64,000 nt of DNA from Bilabrum cf. latius. Its lineage: Eukaryota. The position numbers were made by a program, and so were the translations under genes. The stretch is from contig OZ237759.1 in NCBI GenBank assembly GCA_965178125.1, forward strand, positions 310,001 to 374,000, written 5' to 3'. This document shows positions 21,903 through 34,350 of the stretch, in pieces. Under the pieces are notes generated by a model, which saw nothing but the letters and a program-made list of their open reading frames with translations, had not been told where the DNA came from and ran no database searches. The first letter of the stretch is position 1. Each line of letters starts with the position of its first letter.

Positions 21903-22257
21903 ACGGAATAGAACAGTGAGTGATGGTAGGTGGGTATCCACTGGGCGTGTGTGGTAGTGGGATGTGCAGAGGACTGGCAGAGGTCTTGCATCACGCGCCG
22001 TGCACGTGCCTCCCCGCACCCAGCGTGAAACCCCCAGAGAAGTAAATTATATCCATTCGGGAAATCAGGGGAACCATGGGGAATCACGGGGAATCCACTG
22101 GAACATGGGAGAATCTGTTCGTGACCAGCAACACTCACTCCCGGACCATCTCCCTCCCGAATTATCACGTACAGAATAACCCAGTCAGAAATTTAGACTC
22201 TTGTACGTTTTATGGAAAGTAACCCTTTTAATTAAAAGTAAAATCCCCGATATTCTA

Positions 22258-22315
22258 CTCTCGCAGTCCATGTGAAACCCCCTGTATACAGGGGGTTTCA
22301 CATGGACTGCGAGAG
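22258..22315. repeat. Perfect 58-bp palindrome at the presumed right end of the element
   Basis: CTCTCGCAGTCCATGTGAAACCCCCTGTA|TACAGGGGGTTTCACATGGACTGCGAGAG, with no spacer and no mismatch. Confidence 0.97.
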
Positions 22316-23683
22316 GACCCGAGCGAGCAACACCACCTCAAGTTCAAATACGACAGATATGGGACTATTAGCCCACTCAGACTGTTTAATGGATACATTT
22401 GTACTTACAGGGTGCTTGGAGCAAACGAACGCCGGCTTCTAGAAAGGCAGTTGTGGCGAGTTGTGAGGGTGCCCTCAACTTGTTGCAGGGGCGGGTTTTC
22501 AGCGGAATCCGTGGTTTAGTTCTTCATCTTTCGTTATTCGCGTTTCGTGTGCCAGGCACAGACCCCCTTGCTATGCTCGATTGAAGCATTCAGGAGACAG
22601 TTTAATTGATTCGAGAGTAAACCATATCTATAAGGGACATGTCATTGTGCTTTCGTCTTGATATTCACGTTGATATGATCGTCAGAAGGCGTCCGACAAG
22701 TAGCATGCGCTGTGGAAAACAATCATAGATTATGCGACGTAGTACCACGCAAACTTGACCACTCTGGTAACAATATATAAATTATATGGATTAGTACATA
22801 TGGACCCAGTTGTATATGCAAAAACCATCAATAAATAGATCAATTTTTGAGTACACTGTATTTAGTGTACCGCTCTTTTATCAATTATCGCTTACCAAGT
22901 GTCGTATCTCTCTCAATAAAACTAATTTAAATAAATATTTGTACCGTATGCATTGCTTGTCAATCATACTTAACATCAACATGGACCGGTGGATTGAGTA
23001 CAACAGATATGGAATTGCCCTATTTTTTGACGAGACCGATTGCATCGAATTGCTTGGTAACGTTTGCCGATTATCGGTAGCACGAGGCGACTAAATATAT
23101 ACAATCACCAGATAGAACTCGCTTTAACGATGTTTACCTCTCTACAAGTATACAACCTGCAGCGATGCAGCGCTCGGATCCAATATCTTCCGTGTGTTAC
23201 CCTCTTGCTATTCCTATGCCATGCGCGACAGAATGGAGTTGCAGTGTATTTATTCTCGTAGTATTCTGCCCGTGCACGTGTCGCAGTGTGTTCCTGCATG
23301 TCCAGTGGCTGACGAAGAGCACGATCGTGTGGCGCCGCGCGTCCGGGTGCCAACAGCGGAACTGACTAGACAGCCAAATCAAACTGAGCCACGGTGCTAT
23401 CACTTAGCCTAGAGCCTAGACGTATAGGACCCGCTTGACACGTCTCTTTTGACGCATTTGCACGTATAGGTCGTCTCTCTCGCCAGTATAACCCCCGGAA
23501 GGCCTCAATACTAGCCTGCCAAAGAGCACTGATGAGAGCTATCCCAGGGCTGCGCGAGCTGCTGCCCTCAGCGCTGGAGGCAGCTGCGGTGCGGAGGTCT
23601 TCGTCAGTCCGCGGGGCCGAGACCACCCCCAACCATTGACCTCAACGCAGCTCGATCCAGACCCGGGTCTTGCCAGTTTCACT

Positions 23684-26600
23684 TCACTGCCTCGCTTTCT
23701 TGGCGGCAGAGCCAGCGCCTGCACTAAACCTTCCTGCCGCATCATCGCGGCCGCTCGCGTCACGCCCACGCTTCTCCCCCGCTTTGGCACCGCTGGCCCC
23801 CGCACCCTGTGCCCCTTTCCCGGTCCCATCCAGACTGAACTGCAGCGCCCGCTCAAGCGCCTCCCTCGCGTCCCTCTGGGCCTCCTCCAGCGCCTCCGCC
23901 CTCGCTGCCCCGGGGACGTCGGACATGGCAGCTTCGATCCCCAGGGCGGTGGCACTGGCCACAGGAAGCGCGGCGCAGGACGCCGGCTCGCGGACAGCAG
24001 CCGCCTGAAGCCTCCCGAGCAGCTTCTCGGCGTGCTCCTCCCCCGCCAAAGAGGCGATCCTCTCGGGCGGCAGAAGCGCCAGCACGCCCGCGGCTGCACG
24101 CACGGGCGCGAGTCGGAGGCACCGGAGCAGCCCCCGCCATGCATCTTCGGACTCCCACACCGGTCGCATGGCCACGAGTCGGGCCACCGCCGCCACTACG
24201 GACCGAGCCGCGGTGCGGTGCTGCTTGTAGGCCTCGAGGGCCGCGCGCAGCACCAGGGCAGGGGGTGGCTGTGACCTGCTCGCGTGCCTGGCGGCGGCGC
24301 GGTCCTGGTCCTAGTCCAGCGAGCCGAGGCCCCATTTGCCTTGCACGGCAGTGGCTGCGACGTGCTCGAGCGCAGGGGCGAGCAGGGCGAGGGGCAGTGC
24401 TCGTGTGTCTCGGACCAGTGCCACCACGGCTTGGCTGGCTGCCTTGGCCGGCACCAGTTTGGGGCCGCTGGTGCAGTCGATGTCGCTGTCACCTGGGCTG
24501 GTCGGGTCTGCATCGCTCTGAAACAGCGGGAGGGACACAAGGTCGTTGAGCAGGAGCGGGCTTCTGTACGGGTGCGATGCTCCCTTTGTGTGGACCAGCC
24601 ACCGCAGTGCAGGCCTGATAAAGTCGTACGACCGCGCTTCCTCCTCCTCCGTCTCAACACCGCCGCCCGTGCTACCCTCCTCCAGGGAGCCAAGGGAGGC
24701 GGTGTCGTCGTCGGCGGGTGCGCCTGCTGCGGCCCGCAGTCCAGGCATCTCCCCTTCAGCATCACCCGACGGGGCTGCGTCTTCTGCATCGCCTCCCATC
24801 CCGCTCGCAGAAGTGGCGGCCTCGCTTGACCCGGTGCTGGAGCCGATGCCATCCTCTGCTGCGCCCGGCCCCGCGAGCGAGCTGCCCAGGGTGGCACCAC
24901 CTCGCAGCAGTCCAGCAGCGGATGCTGTTGCAGCGGATGCTGTTGCAGTGCCGGTTGGTCGTCCGTCCGCGCCGCTGATAGAATCCGCGGCTCCCGTCGA
25001 GCTGGCTGAGTCTACCATACCTGCCTGCCCACCGTCACCTTCCGCTGCCGCTCCATCCGACCCTACTGCGGACGTGGCCTCTTCCTCGGCGTCGTCATCT
25101 TCATTGCGCTTGCTCTCCGCTGCGGCCAGACCAGCGAGCCCCTCGCTCTGCTCGTGCTGGTGGGCTCTCCGCTCGTCCTCAATGCTGTCATACGACACCA
25201 GCCACGGCAAGAGCGCGCGCACTTGTTCCCTGGGCAAGGAGGCCAGGCACGGGATGAGGAGCTCTAGTCGCCCGCGCAGGGAGGAACGCACGTGGGCTCG
25301 TCGGCAGGCCCCAGCTACAGCAGCAGGTGACAGCTGCAGGTCGGCAGCCGCAGGCGCTGCTGCGGAATCAGCTCCGGGAGACCCGTCCTCGGCTTGCTTG
25401 TCAGTGTCCTCGTCCGCAGCGCCACCGCTCGACTCGTGGCTATTGCCGTCACTCTCGGGATCGGTGAGGAACAGCCGAACCAGCCGATCCACCACAACCT
25501 GGCTCAGCGGCTTGCGCTTGGTGTGCGCCCGGGTGGCAGCTTCCGAGGCAAAGAACACCAGGAACGGGAGAGCGTCTCTCCGGCGGGGGACGGGGGCACG
25601 CTGCGCGACCCAGTCGCTGCCTGGCCCGTGGTCAGATCCCGGGGAGCTGGCAGCCTCCATCGGGACGGCCTGGGCCTGCCCCGGGCCCGGTTTTGACCCC
25701 GTGTCATCACCGACCAGCATGGTCTTGGCATGCCCCGCGTCCTCAGTGATGGCACCAGCGGTTGAAGGCTGCCTCTCGCCCAGGGCCTCCATCACCACGG
25801 ACCCGGCCCCTTTCTTCGGTCGCAGCAGCATCTCCAGCAGCTGCACGCAGCACTGCTGCAGGCTACCGCACACCACGTCGGCGGTGCGCACCGAACGCTC
25901 CGCCACCGAAGCGGCTCTGGCCGCCATGCGAGCCACGCGCCTTGAGCGACGTACAGCCTCCTGCGCAGCCGGGCGGTCAAACACATCGCTCGCGGCATCC
26001 ACACCCTGACCCTGGTCGCCGTCGCCGTCGTTGTCGCCGTCGTTGTCGTTGTCCCAACCACCGCCCGCTCGCATGCTCTCCGGGTTGCGCCCCTCCTTGA
26101 GCGCCTGCTCGTCTTGTCGCAGCCTCTCAAGGTGGTGGTGCGCGCTTGCCTTGGCAGACGCAGCTGCCTCCGCGCATTCCCGCGCCCCTGCTTGGCACAG
26201 CTGGGAGGCACTGGCCAGCGCGCGGAGCACCTCCCTGGGCCGGATCGTGCCCAGGCCAACCGCCAAGAAGACCAGCCGGGGCACGAGTGCCGCTGCGCGA
26301 GAAGGTGTCAGGCCCAGAGGGTGCGGCAGCGGCTCCGTCAGCTCACCCGAGTCTCCCGGTCCGTCCTCCGCGTTCGAACGGAGCTCACTGGCCTCTGCGG
26401 CAAGGCATGCAGGCACTACATGAGCCGCTGCCACGGGGCCAGCAAGCACGAGAGCGTGCAAGAGTGCCCTGGGGGAGCTCGCGGAGGCTCCGGCGGAGTA
26501 TCCTAAGCTCTGCGCGGCTGACCTCACCGTGGAGTCGCATCGCTGCCCGGGAGACACGATACTAGCGAACGACCGGGACACGGACGATGCATCTGCGGGG

Positions 26601-29600
26601 TGCCCACGGGCAGTCTCGTCGTTGCTTGACCCGGTATTCACACCCAGCACCTCCAGCGCGGCTCGAGCTGACGCAGAGGCTAGCTCGGGCCCGCTCGCGA
26701 CGTGATCTCTGGCGCTGCCGCCGCTTTTACCCACCTCTGCTTCAGGCTCGAGCTGATCCGAGACTCTGCCCGCGAATTGAGCAGCGGAGCGGGCCTCCAT
26801 ACCGAGCGCTTCAATGGCCACCACAGTGCCGTGCAGCACGAAGCGAACCACCGGCAACAGTGGTGCGAGCCACGCCTGCATTCTCTTGGCCGTGCGAGTG
26901 ACCAGCAGTGTGGTAGCCTTGGTCCGCGTGTCCACCCCAGGCGCAAGTGCAAGGGACAGCACTGCCCGCAGGGCACAAAGCCTCTGTGCGGGTCCCGCCT
27001 CAAGCTGTTCCCTGAGGCCTTTCAAGACCGCTGTGACCGTGCTCTGGCTGTCACGTGGGATGGGCTGCTCCCCGTCCTGTTCCCCAGGGGCGTTCCGCCT
27101 TGCGATGTCGTTGAGCTTGCTGCCCTGCCGGTAGTCTGTCACTGGCCATGGGACGACCACGAGGTCGCTCGGGACGGGGAGATCCGCGACGTCGTCGAGC
27201 CGAGCTGGCCGCGGCCTGGACTCGTCTTCTTTCCCCATCGACTCGGGGACGGGGGGCTCGAGGGGGTCCTCGGCTCGTGCACGCGCCTTCACCCCCACCC
27301 GGTCCAGCGGCCTTATATCCAGGGCGCAGCACTGCAGGGCGGCCGAAACGGCGACGGGGCTGAGGGCATCCACTGCCTTCCACAGACCAACCAATGACTC
27401 GCGGATGCCTTTGCGCGCTAGGAGGCTCTAACTCAGCACGGCGGTCGGGTCGGGCACGCCCTCTCTGCCCCTGACCATGGCTGGGACAACAAAGGCGGGC
27501 TGCGCCAGCCGCACGGCCAGTGCCCCCCGCCCGATGGGATCTTCAACGATCCAGGCCACCGTGCGAGCCACCATCTCCCGGTATGCCATCATCGCCTCGT
27601 TGGACTGCCAGCCACCCTATTGAGCTGCACTACCCCCGGCAGCGTCCACTGCGCTTCCACCACCCGGGGACTCGCTGCCATGCAATGCCATCACAAGCTG
27701 CTACTCAAGCACCTCGAGTATGAAGGTGTCCCGCTGCCGCCGCCCCTCGGACCCGGCGACTGCCTCGTCCACGCGGGACCAGGCAAGCAGGCGAGCCAGC
27801 CTGTCTGGGGGCTGCATCCAGCTCGATGGCCCATCGGCCGGTCCGTCGCGTGTCTGACCACCCCCTCCCGGTGATGAGTCGAAGCTATGCGGCAGCCGGG
27901 GGATGAGAGTGACGGCTCCATCCTCGCGATTCTGAGCGCTGGGTGTAGATGCGATTCCCCGGTTGCCGTGAGCCTCTCGCACCTGCAGCAGGTCACCAGA
28001 GGCCCGGTCACCGTTGGGTCGGAGAGTTGCGGAATCCGATGACCAGACAGATCCTATGGATACCACAGCACCCTTTCGCTTGTCTCTAAAGCCTCCTAGA
28101 ATAGGCAGTTTCCGCAGCAAAGACACCAATGCTGCCGCTTTGCGGCTTTGCAAGAGTGCACTGGACTCGGCCTCGCTGCTACTGCCACTCGCGGTGTCAC
28201 CAGAGCCTGCCTGCAGGCGAGCAACCAGACCGGCATACCCGCTGCGGCTATTCGCATACTGTTCGATAAGCTGATCGAGCGATTCGGCACGAGATCCTTT
28301 TCGACGAGGCATGCCTGCCATGTTCTTAGCATGGCTCCCTTCTTCGAGCTCGTCCTTGTCCTCGTCCTCGTGCTCGTCGTCATCCTCATCCCGCTCTCCT
28401 CCGGCCTCATCGGGAGCGCCGTCCTCCTCCCCGTCCTCGTCCTCCAGCAACTCCCTGGTAAGCGCGGCCAAAGACTCGGGGGCTCCTGACCGTCCCGCAA
28501 GCAAGACATGCACCCTGCCGAGCCGGGCCACCAGCACCTGGGCCTGCATCTTGGCGGGCTCTCCGCCCACGATGGCTGCCAGATCCGGCAGTCCGATCGG
28601 CTCCCCTTCAAGCACAAGATCCATACCCTCGGACGGCATGGAGGCGCGCAGGGCATCGGGCACCTGCGCTGTTCTTACCACCGGCTGGCTCGAACCGCCT
28701 GCGCCTAGCAAGCTGCCGCCGCCGCTGTCATCACGCGTGGATGCATCAGATTCCAGCGTAGCAGGATCAGGGTGGAACTCCTCCACTGACACGTCCAGGT
28801 TGGCCATCAACAGGTCAAGGGCGTGCTCGGGATGCATGCTCAGAAGCCACGCCTAGTCGCTAAGGGCGCTGCGCAGTCCTGCTTGGTACTTTGCTGCCTC
28901 AAGGTCGGCTTGCTCCTTGGCTGCACGGTCGCGCTCTTGCTGCTCCTGCGTCAGCTAGGCATGTTCTGCCCGCGCGCGGGGGTCATCCATCGGTGAATTG
29001 GGCTCAGGACGCGCTCCGCCCATCACGTCCTGCGCTTGGGCCCATCTCGAATCGTCACCTCCGCCTCCACCTGGGCCGCCAGCGTACTGCCCGCTCTGGC
29101 CAAACGTGCCGGAGGGCGTGTACAGAGCAGATTGGTCCATGGGGACGCCAGATACCCCCTGCTCTGCAAAACCACCCGTAGGAACGCTAGATAACGGTGC
29201 AACTGGGGCTGCAGCTGATCCAACGGGGCCAGCCAAAGAAGCAGGCTGTGGCGGTACTTCGGCAAGAAGTGGGGCCTCTGGCACCAGCACCACCGGTGAA
29301 ACCATCCCGCCACCGTCCGGGTCCCTGTTCACACCTCCTGCTCCACCCGATGGCACCGCCCCCGTGCTCCACGCCTGAAGCCACTTGCTCCTGGCATCTA
29401 TCGCTTGCTGTGCCCTGGAAGCTGCGATGGGGCCGATCTTCCTCGCCTCTGCCACCAGCTCGGCAGCGAGCTCTCCATGCTCGTCGGCGCCCACTGACGC
29501 AGCCCCAGCCCCTTGGCGCGCATTCACCGTATGCCAGGCGCTCTTCCCGCCCTGGAGCGCATCCTCCATCTCCTTGGTCCATTGCTCCGCGCGGGGCTGC

Positions 29601-31222
29601 ACCAGGGGCAGCTGCTCGATGCACTGCACGATCAGCCGGGCGAGAGGCTCCTACAGAGGAGCCTTCACGGGGTGGCTCTTGGACACACCGTGAGGTACAG
29701 CCTCGCCGTGGCAAGCGCCTCCTGATGCCCTGCTGACGTCGCACGGAGGCGTCCTCGCGAACCGAAGGGTGCGCCGTGCGATGGCAGGTACCAGCGCGGG
29801 CCGCTCCGTGCAGATCGCCGATAGAAGCCGCATGGCCTCCTCATACACACTCGTCACGATACCTGTGGCCGCAGCGGCCGCTGTCGCCTCTTCTGGCGTT
29901 GATCGGTGTGCCATGGCGGCCTCGGCTGCCTTGGAGGCCGAATGAGGACCGATCAGCAGCCCCAGCATCCTCCCCAGGGCATCCTCTGCTTCGCGCTTGA
30001 GCGCGGCAGGCGACAGCGTGTGGGCGGGGTGTCCCGCCGGAGTGGTGGCCAGAGAGATGCCTGGGTGGATGGGCACGGCCGCCGCCGGCGGAACTCTCAG
30101 CGCCTCGTTGAGCGCCGCGTCAAACTGCCGCGCCGCCTCGCTGCCCGACGGGGTTGCAGAGGACCCACGGCTGGAGCTCGAGTCCGAACTCAAAGACGGT
30201 CGTGGCAGCGCGAGTTTACCTGCAGGCCCAGCCTTGGGTGCGCCAAGGGAGGCCTGCAGCCCTGCAAACGCGTCCTCCTCTTCCTCCTCCTCCTCGTCGC
30301 CGCCACCTATGGATTCCTCACCGGTGCCCTTCCCATTACCAGATGATGCAGCGGCTGGAAGAGCAGAAGACCGGAGATGGGACGCTATACGGTCTATTGT
30401 GCTCTCTCCATTGCCTCCCATCACGGTTCCGACGCCCCAAAGGCCCCATGCCTCCTCTTCCCGTCGCTCGCTATGGTCGCCTTGTTGGTTTGCATTGTCC
30501 CGTGTGCCGGCTTGGGCTGCTCGTGCGCGGAACCATTCCGCCCGCGTGGGTTCAGTGTGAGCAAGAACAAGGGAGCACGCGAATCGCATGACGGCTTTGC
30601 GTGCATCAGGGCTGCACCGCGGCATCGTGAGGAAGCTGAGCAACTGCCTGCGAGCATCCCACGCAGCTTGCGCCCCGCTCGCTATGCCTGGGGGCAGCGG
30701 CGGAATGAATTTGCAAGATATGCTACTATTGGGCGGCCCAGTCGCCTAAATATTGAACAATTCGCTCGTCATGGGATTCCGAAGGGCCAGCGCTAGCAAG
30801 TGCGGATAGCAAGTTGCGAGGGCAGCGCTGCACGCGGTGATGGCCTCAGGGTCCGCATCGAAGCAGGCGTTTTGCAGCGCACGAGCCAAGCTAGGAATCC
30901 AAAGCAAGAACTTTTTCACGCGCGCGAGGTGCATAACGAACAGAGCGACGTGCGTCCGGGTAGGAGTGGACCGGGCACTTGCAGCAAGTTCACAAAGCTG
31001 CCCCAACACCCCACGCACCTGCTGCATGCTTGGAATGCCTGATTGCGCCATGCTATGCTATTCAGAGACAACCGCACGAATAGACAGCGACAGGGCATGC
31101 ACCGTATCCTGTTCGTCGCCGACCTCTTGAGCTGATGATACCACGTCTTCTATTGAGACATGATCCCGACCTTCGCCCTGCTGCAGTTCACCAACCCATA
31201 GAGAAGGATCCATCGAGGACAT
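23684..31222 (-). CDS. SYMPK: Symplekin/Pta1-like 3'-end processing scaffold, ~2512 aa
   Basis: Seven track ORFs share one frame separated only by TAGs and end at TGA 23684. C-terminal PALVLRAALEAY..RLVAMRPVWESEDAWRGLLRC..VLALLPPE matches the Symplekin_C pattern. Confidence 0.75.
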
Positions 31223-31348
31223 TGAATGGTGTCCGCGCAACGACTCGATGAGTTTGCTGTAAGTTCACTGATTCGACGTTGCAACCGGTGCTCCGCCGGC
31301 CCGGATCCCGGGCAAAACCACGCCAACTTGAATCTACACCGCTTGGCG

Positions 31349-34096
31349 ATGAGTAGCATTTCCCGAGATGTAATTCTTGGACTTGCATTGTAGTTCGGGA
31401 TGGGTCCAATGGAAGGCGACGCAGTAGATTCGATAGCGACTGAGCTTGAGTACAGGCTGCGACGAGTGATCTCGGAGGCCGCCACTGTTGCTGGAATCGA
31501 GTACCGAAGTAGGATAGAATAGCGCGACATCGACTGTGCGATGCGAGAAATGGGTCTGACCGTGAGCAATATCGAGTTCATCCAGTCGCACAAGATACAT
31601 TCACTTGCGCCATCCACACACCTGTCTATCCTGCTAATTCTCTTGTTTCCGCAGCCAGTCTTAGGCAGTAGACGGTCTCATAGCATGGATTAGTCTCAAC
31701 CTGGCAGTTGCATCCACCAAGAATTGTCGTTGCATCCTCCACCAGGGGGACAAGGCTGTACGGATGGTGTGAGAGTATTTGGGAAGGCAAGCAGGATTGT
31801 TAACGTCGAGAAAGCCATCTTCGACGGCGAAGCGTGGGCGAAACGCCTCGCCGTTAGACTTCGCGGGCCTTCGGTCGCAGAGCTGTTCGACTGGAATCAG
31901 GACGACGATGATGCCGACGACGATGTGGAGGGAGCATCGGGCGAGGGCGGGGACGAGGCGGCCGAGCAAGCCGCCATCGCGAAGGACCTCGCTGAGTACG
32001 AGGAAGACACAGATGACAGGGCCGAAGGGAGTGCCAGTGGTGCGGCGCCCATGAGTGACGGCGGGGGTGCAGGTGACGACGGGGGGGAGGAAGAAGACGA
32101 GCGGGAAGAGGAGGAGGATGGAGAAGCGAGCGGCGGCAAGAAAGGGTCAGGCAATGGATCTGCCGCAGGGGCGGCGGGCTCATCGGCAGCAATGGACGGT
32201 GACAATGACGAGGACGAGGTCTCGCCCCGGATCCACACGCCGCCGCCAGTGCTCACTCCCTCGCACGAAGCGGCGTGGGCGGCGGTGCACGGCGTGCAGC
32301 CTGGCAGCACTCGTCTCACCGATGGTGTTGCATCGTAGCCAAGGAACACAGTGCAGCGCCTGCACGGATCCAGGAACCATGCATCATCTGCGGCTCGAGT
32401 GGTGCCTCCGTAGCATGGCATGCTCAGCGCCGAGCAGGCCACGCTGCTGGACACGATTGCAGCTGCCGTGCAGGCCCCCAGCTCACCGGCCGCAAGAGCA
32501 GTGGTAACGCTGTGCAGAACAGACGCGGGGCTGGGGTTATGCCTGGGACACATCGTCTAGATCGCTGCCAGTCAGGCGCGGGCCAGGGCCAGGCACCCCC
32601 CTTCCGTGCGCTGTTCCCTGGAGGTCCTGGGCGCGCTGGCGGAGAACCCGGCGGTGCGGCTGGCGCCTCACCTGGACCGTGTGCTCCCTGCGGTGCTGAC
32701 GGCCATCGTGCACGCGCAGGGGGCCGGGAACCCTTGGAGGGAACAGGGACACTGGGCCGTGCGGCGAGCGGCTGCCGTGCTGCTGGCTCGCCTGATAGAC
32801 TCTCACTCCGGCTCGCACCCCGGCCTGGGTCCCCGTGCATGCGCAGTGCTGTGCAGGGTGCTACCGGGGCCAGGGGCAGCACCAGTTGCAGGGAATGGGG
32901 CTGGTGGCGTGGAGAAAGGAGGAGAAAGGGGCAAGGCGGGCGGTTTGCAGGCCGGCATGGACGATGGGTCCGATGCAGGTGAGGACAAGGATACCAAGGA
33001 TAGAGAATAGTAGGGTTCCGGCCCAGCCTCTGTGCAGGATCAGCAGCTTGCGGCGCTGCCTCTGACCAGCGTGTATGGCGCCCTGTGCGCCTGCCACCGG
33101 ATGGGCAGGGAGGCCTGTAGGGAGGTCGTGCTGCCGAGGCTGCCCGGGCTCGAGAGGCTGCTGGAAGGAGCTCGAAGGCAAGCGGCGGCGGCCAGGGAAC
33201 AAGAAGGTAACGAGGGGAGTGCACCGAGGCTGTCGCAGCCACCGATGGGGGCGGTGAAGAGGTGCGAGCGGGCGCTGGTAGCAGCATGCAAAACAGCCAT
33301 GGCCGCGCTGCCGGCACCCACTCCACCGGTGGACGAGCTGGCTGTAGAGCTCCACGCAGCGACGCGAGCCTCGGCCCGGGATGCGCAAGCTTCTCTTCAG
33401 CTGGCCCACGGCGGCGGCGGCAGCGTCTTCGGTATGGGTATGCAGGCGCTACAGGTGCCTGTGGTGGGGCAGATTGGAGGCCCTGGTTAGGGAACAAACA
33501 AAAGTCCATCCTCAGGGGCCGCACTGGCTGCTGCAGCAGCAACGCCATCTGCCTCTGCACCTGCACCTGCACCTGCACCTGCACCCACAGGTGCCGATGC
33601 GAGTGCCACAGGAGCCATGGCACTAGCTGCTGCCCTTGTGGCTGGTGGGGGGGACAGTAGCCTCGGCATTGCCTCAGGCACTGCGGGCGGACCTGGAAGC
33701 AGCAGCAGCAGCAGCAGCAGCAGCAGTGGTGTCGGTGGTGTCCAAGCGCCCGCACGAGCAGCCTCCTCGGGGCCCGCCAGTGGTTCCCTGCCCGGTCTGG
33801 TCCCGCGGCTGGCAGCGGGACTCCCGGCCTCATCGTCATCGTATTCCCAGCCGCTGCAGGGCGCTGGGGCAGGGGTGCAGCCTGCTGCAAGCGCTGGGCT
33901 GCCCAGCGCCCCGTCGGTGCCACCAACCAGCGGGGGCAATCAAATCGAAGTGAACGCCGCTCCTGCATCTACCAGCGCGGCTGCGGGAAACTAGCCGCCG
34001 AGTGCTGGATCCGGATCAGGGGCTGTTTCTCGGCCGTCCCAGCCTGCAATGCAGCCTGCAGACGACTTCGAGGTTGTGGAGGACGAAATGCTCTGA
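31349..34096 (+). CDS. TAF6: TFIID subunit 6; exons 31349-31561 and 31655-34096
   Basis: Histone fold IATELEYRLRRVISEA..RDIDCAM; GT..AG intron 31562-31654; HEAT region ALAENPAVRLAPHLDRVLPAVLTAIV, HWAVRRAAA, PLTSVYGAL. Confidence 0.88.
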
Positions 34097-34350
34097 CGCG
34101 ATTTCATTTCAAACTAGAGGGTATTTAAGTCGTTAACCTTAATAATAAAGTAGGATAGCCAGCTTGATAAGTTATAATCCCGGATCCTTGGAAGTAGTGA
34201 GCATGGGTTGATCCAAAACCTACAGACGGATGTCATGTGATAACATAATGGCATAGACTCTAGTCTATTGGTGCAGCGGCAACAGCTAGGAACGTTTACA
34301 CACATGCACCCCGGCTTCCCTCCCCGAGAAGGCTCTACCAATCGGGATCA

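Larger units (their letters stand above)
1..22315. mobile_element. Endogenous virophage (Lavidaviridae/Polinton-related), left end outside the window
   Basis: AT-rich, intronless block carrying MCP, packaging ATPase, rve integrase, tyrosine recombinase and primase-helicase, adjoining GC-rich intron-containing eukaryotic genes. The right boundary is placed approximately at the terminal palindrome. Confidence 0.9.

Noticed and set aside
1-22315. Decayed provirus full of nonsense mutations
   Set aside because: Interruptions are only TAG, frames stay intact, TAG falls on Gln motif positions, and essential host genes show the same pattern.
1-22315. Code-15 bacteriophage or bacterial contaminant
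   Set aside because: MCP, ATPase, chromodomain integrase, RING and SET genes are of eukaryotic-virus type, and no terminase, portal or tail genes were recognised.
22316-23680. Host gene disrupted by the insertion, or further viral terminal sequence
   Set aside because: No recognisable protein, and the target-site duplication cannot be tested because the left end is outside the window.
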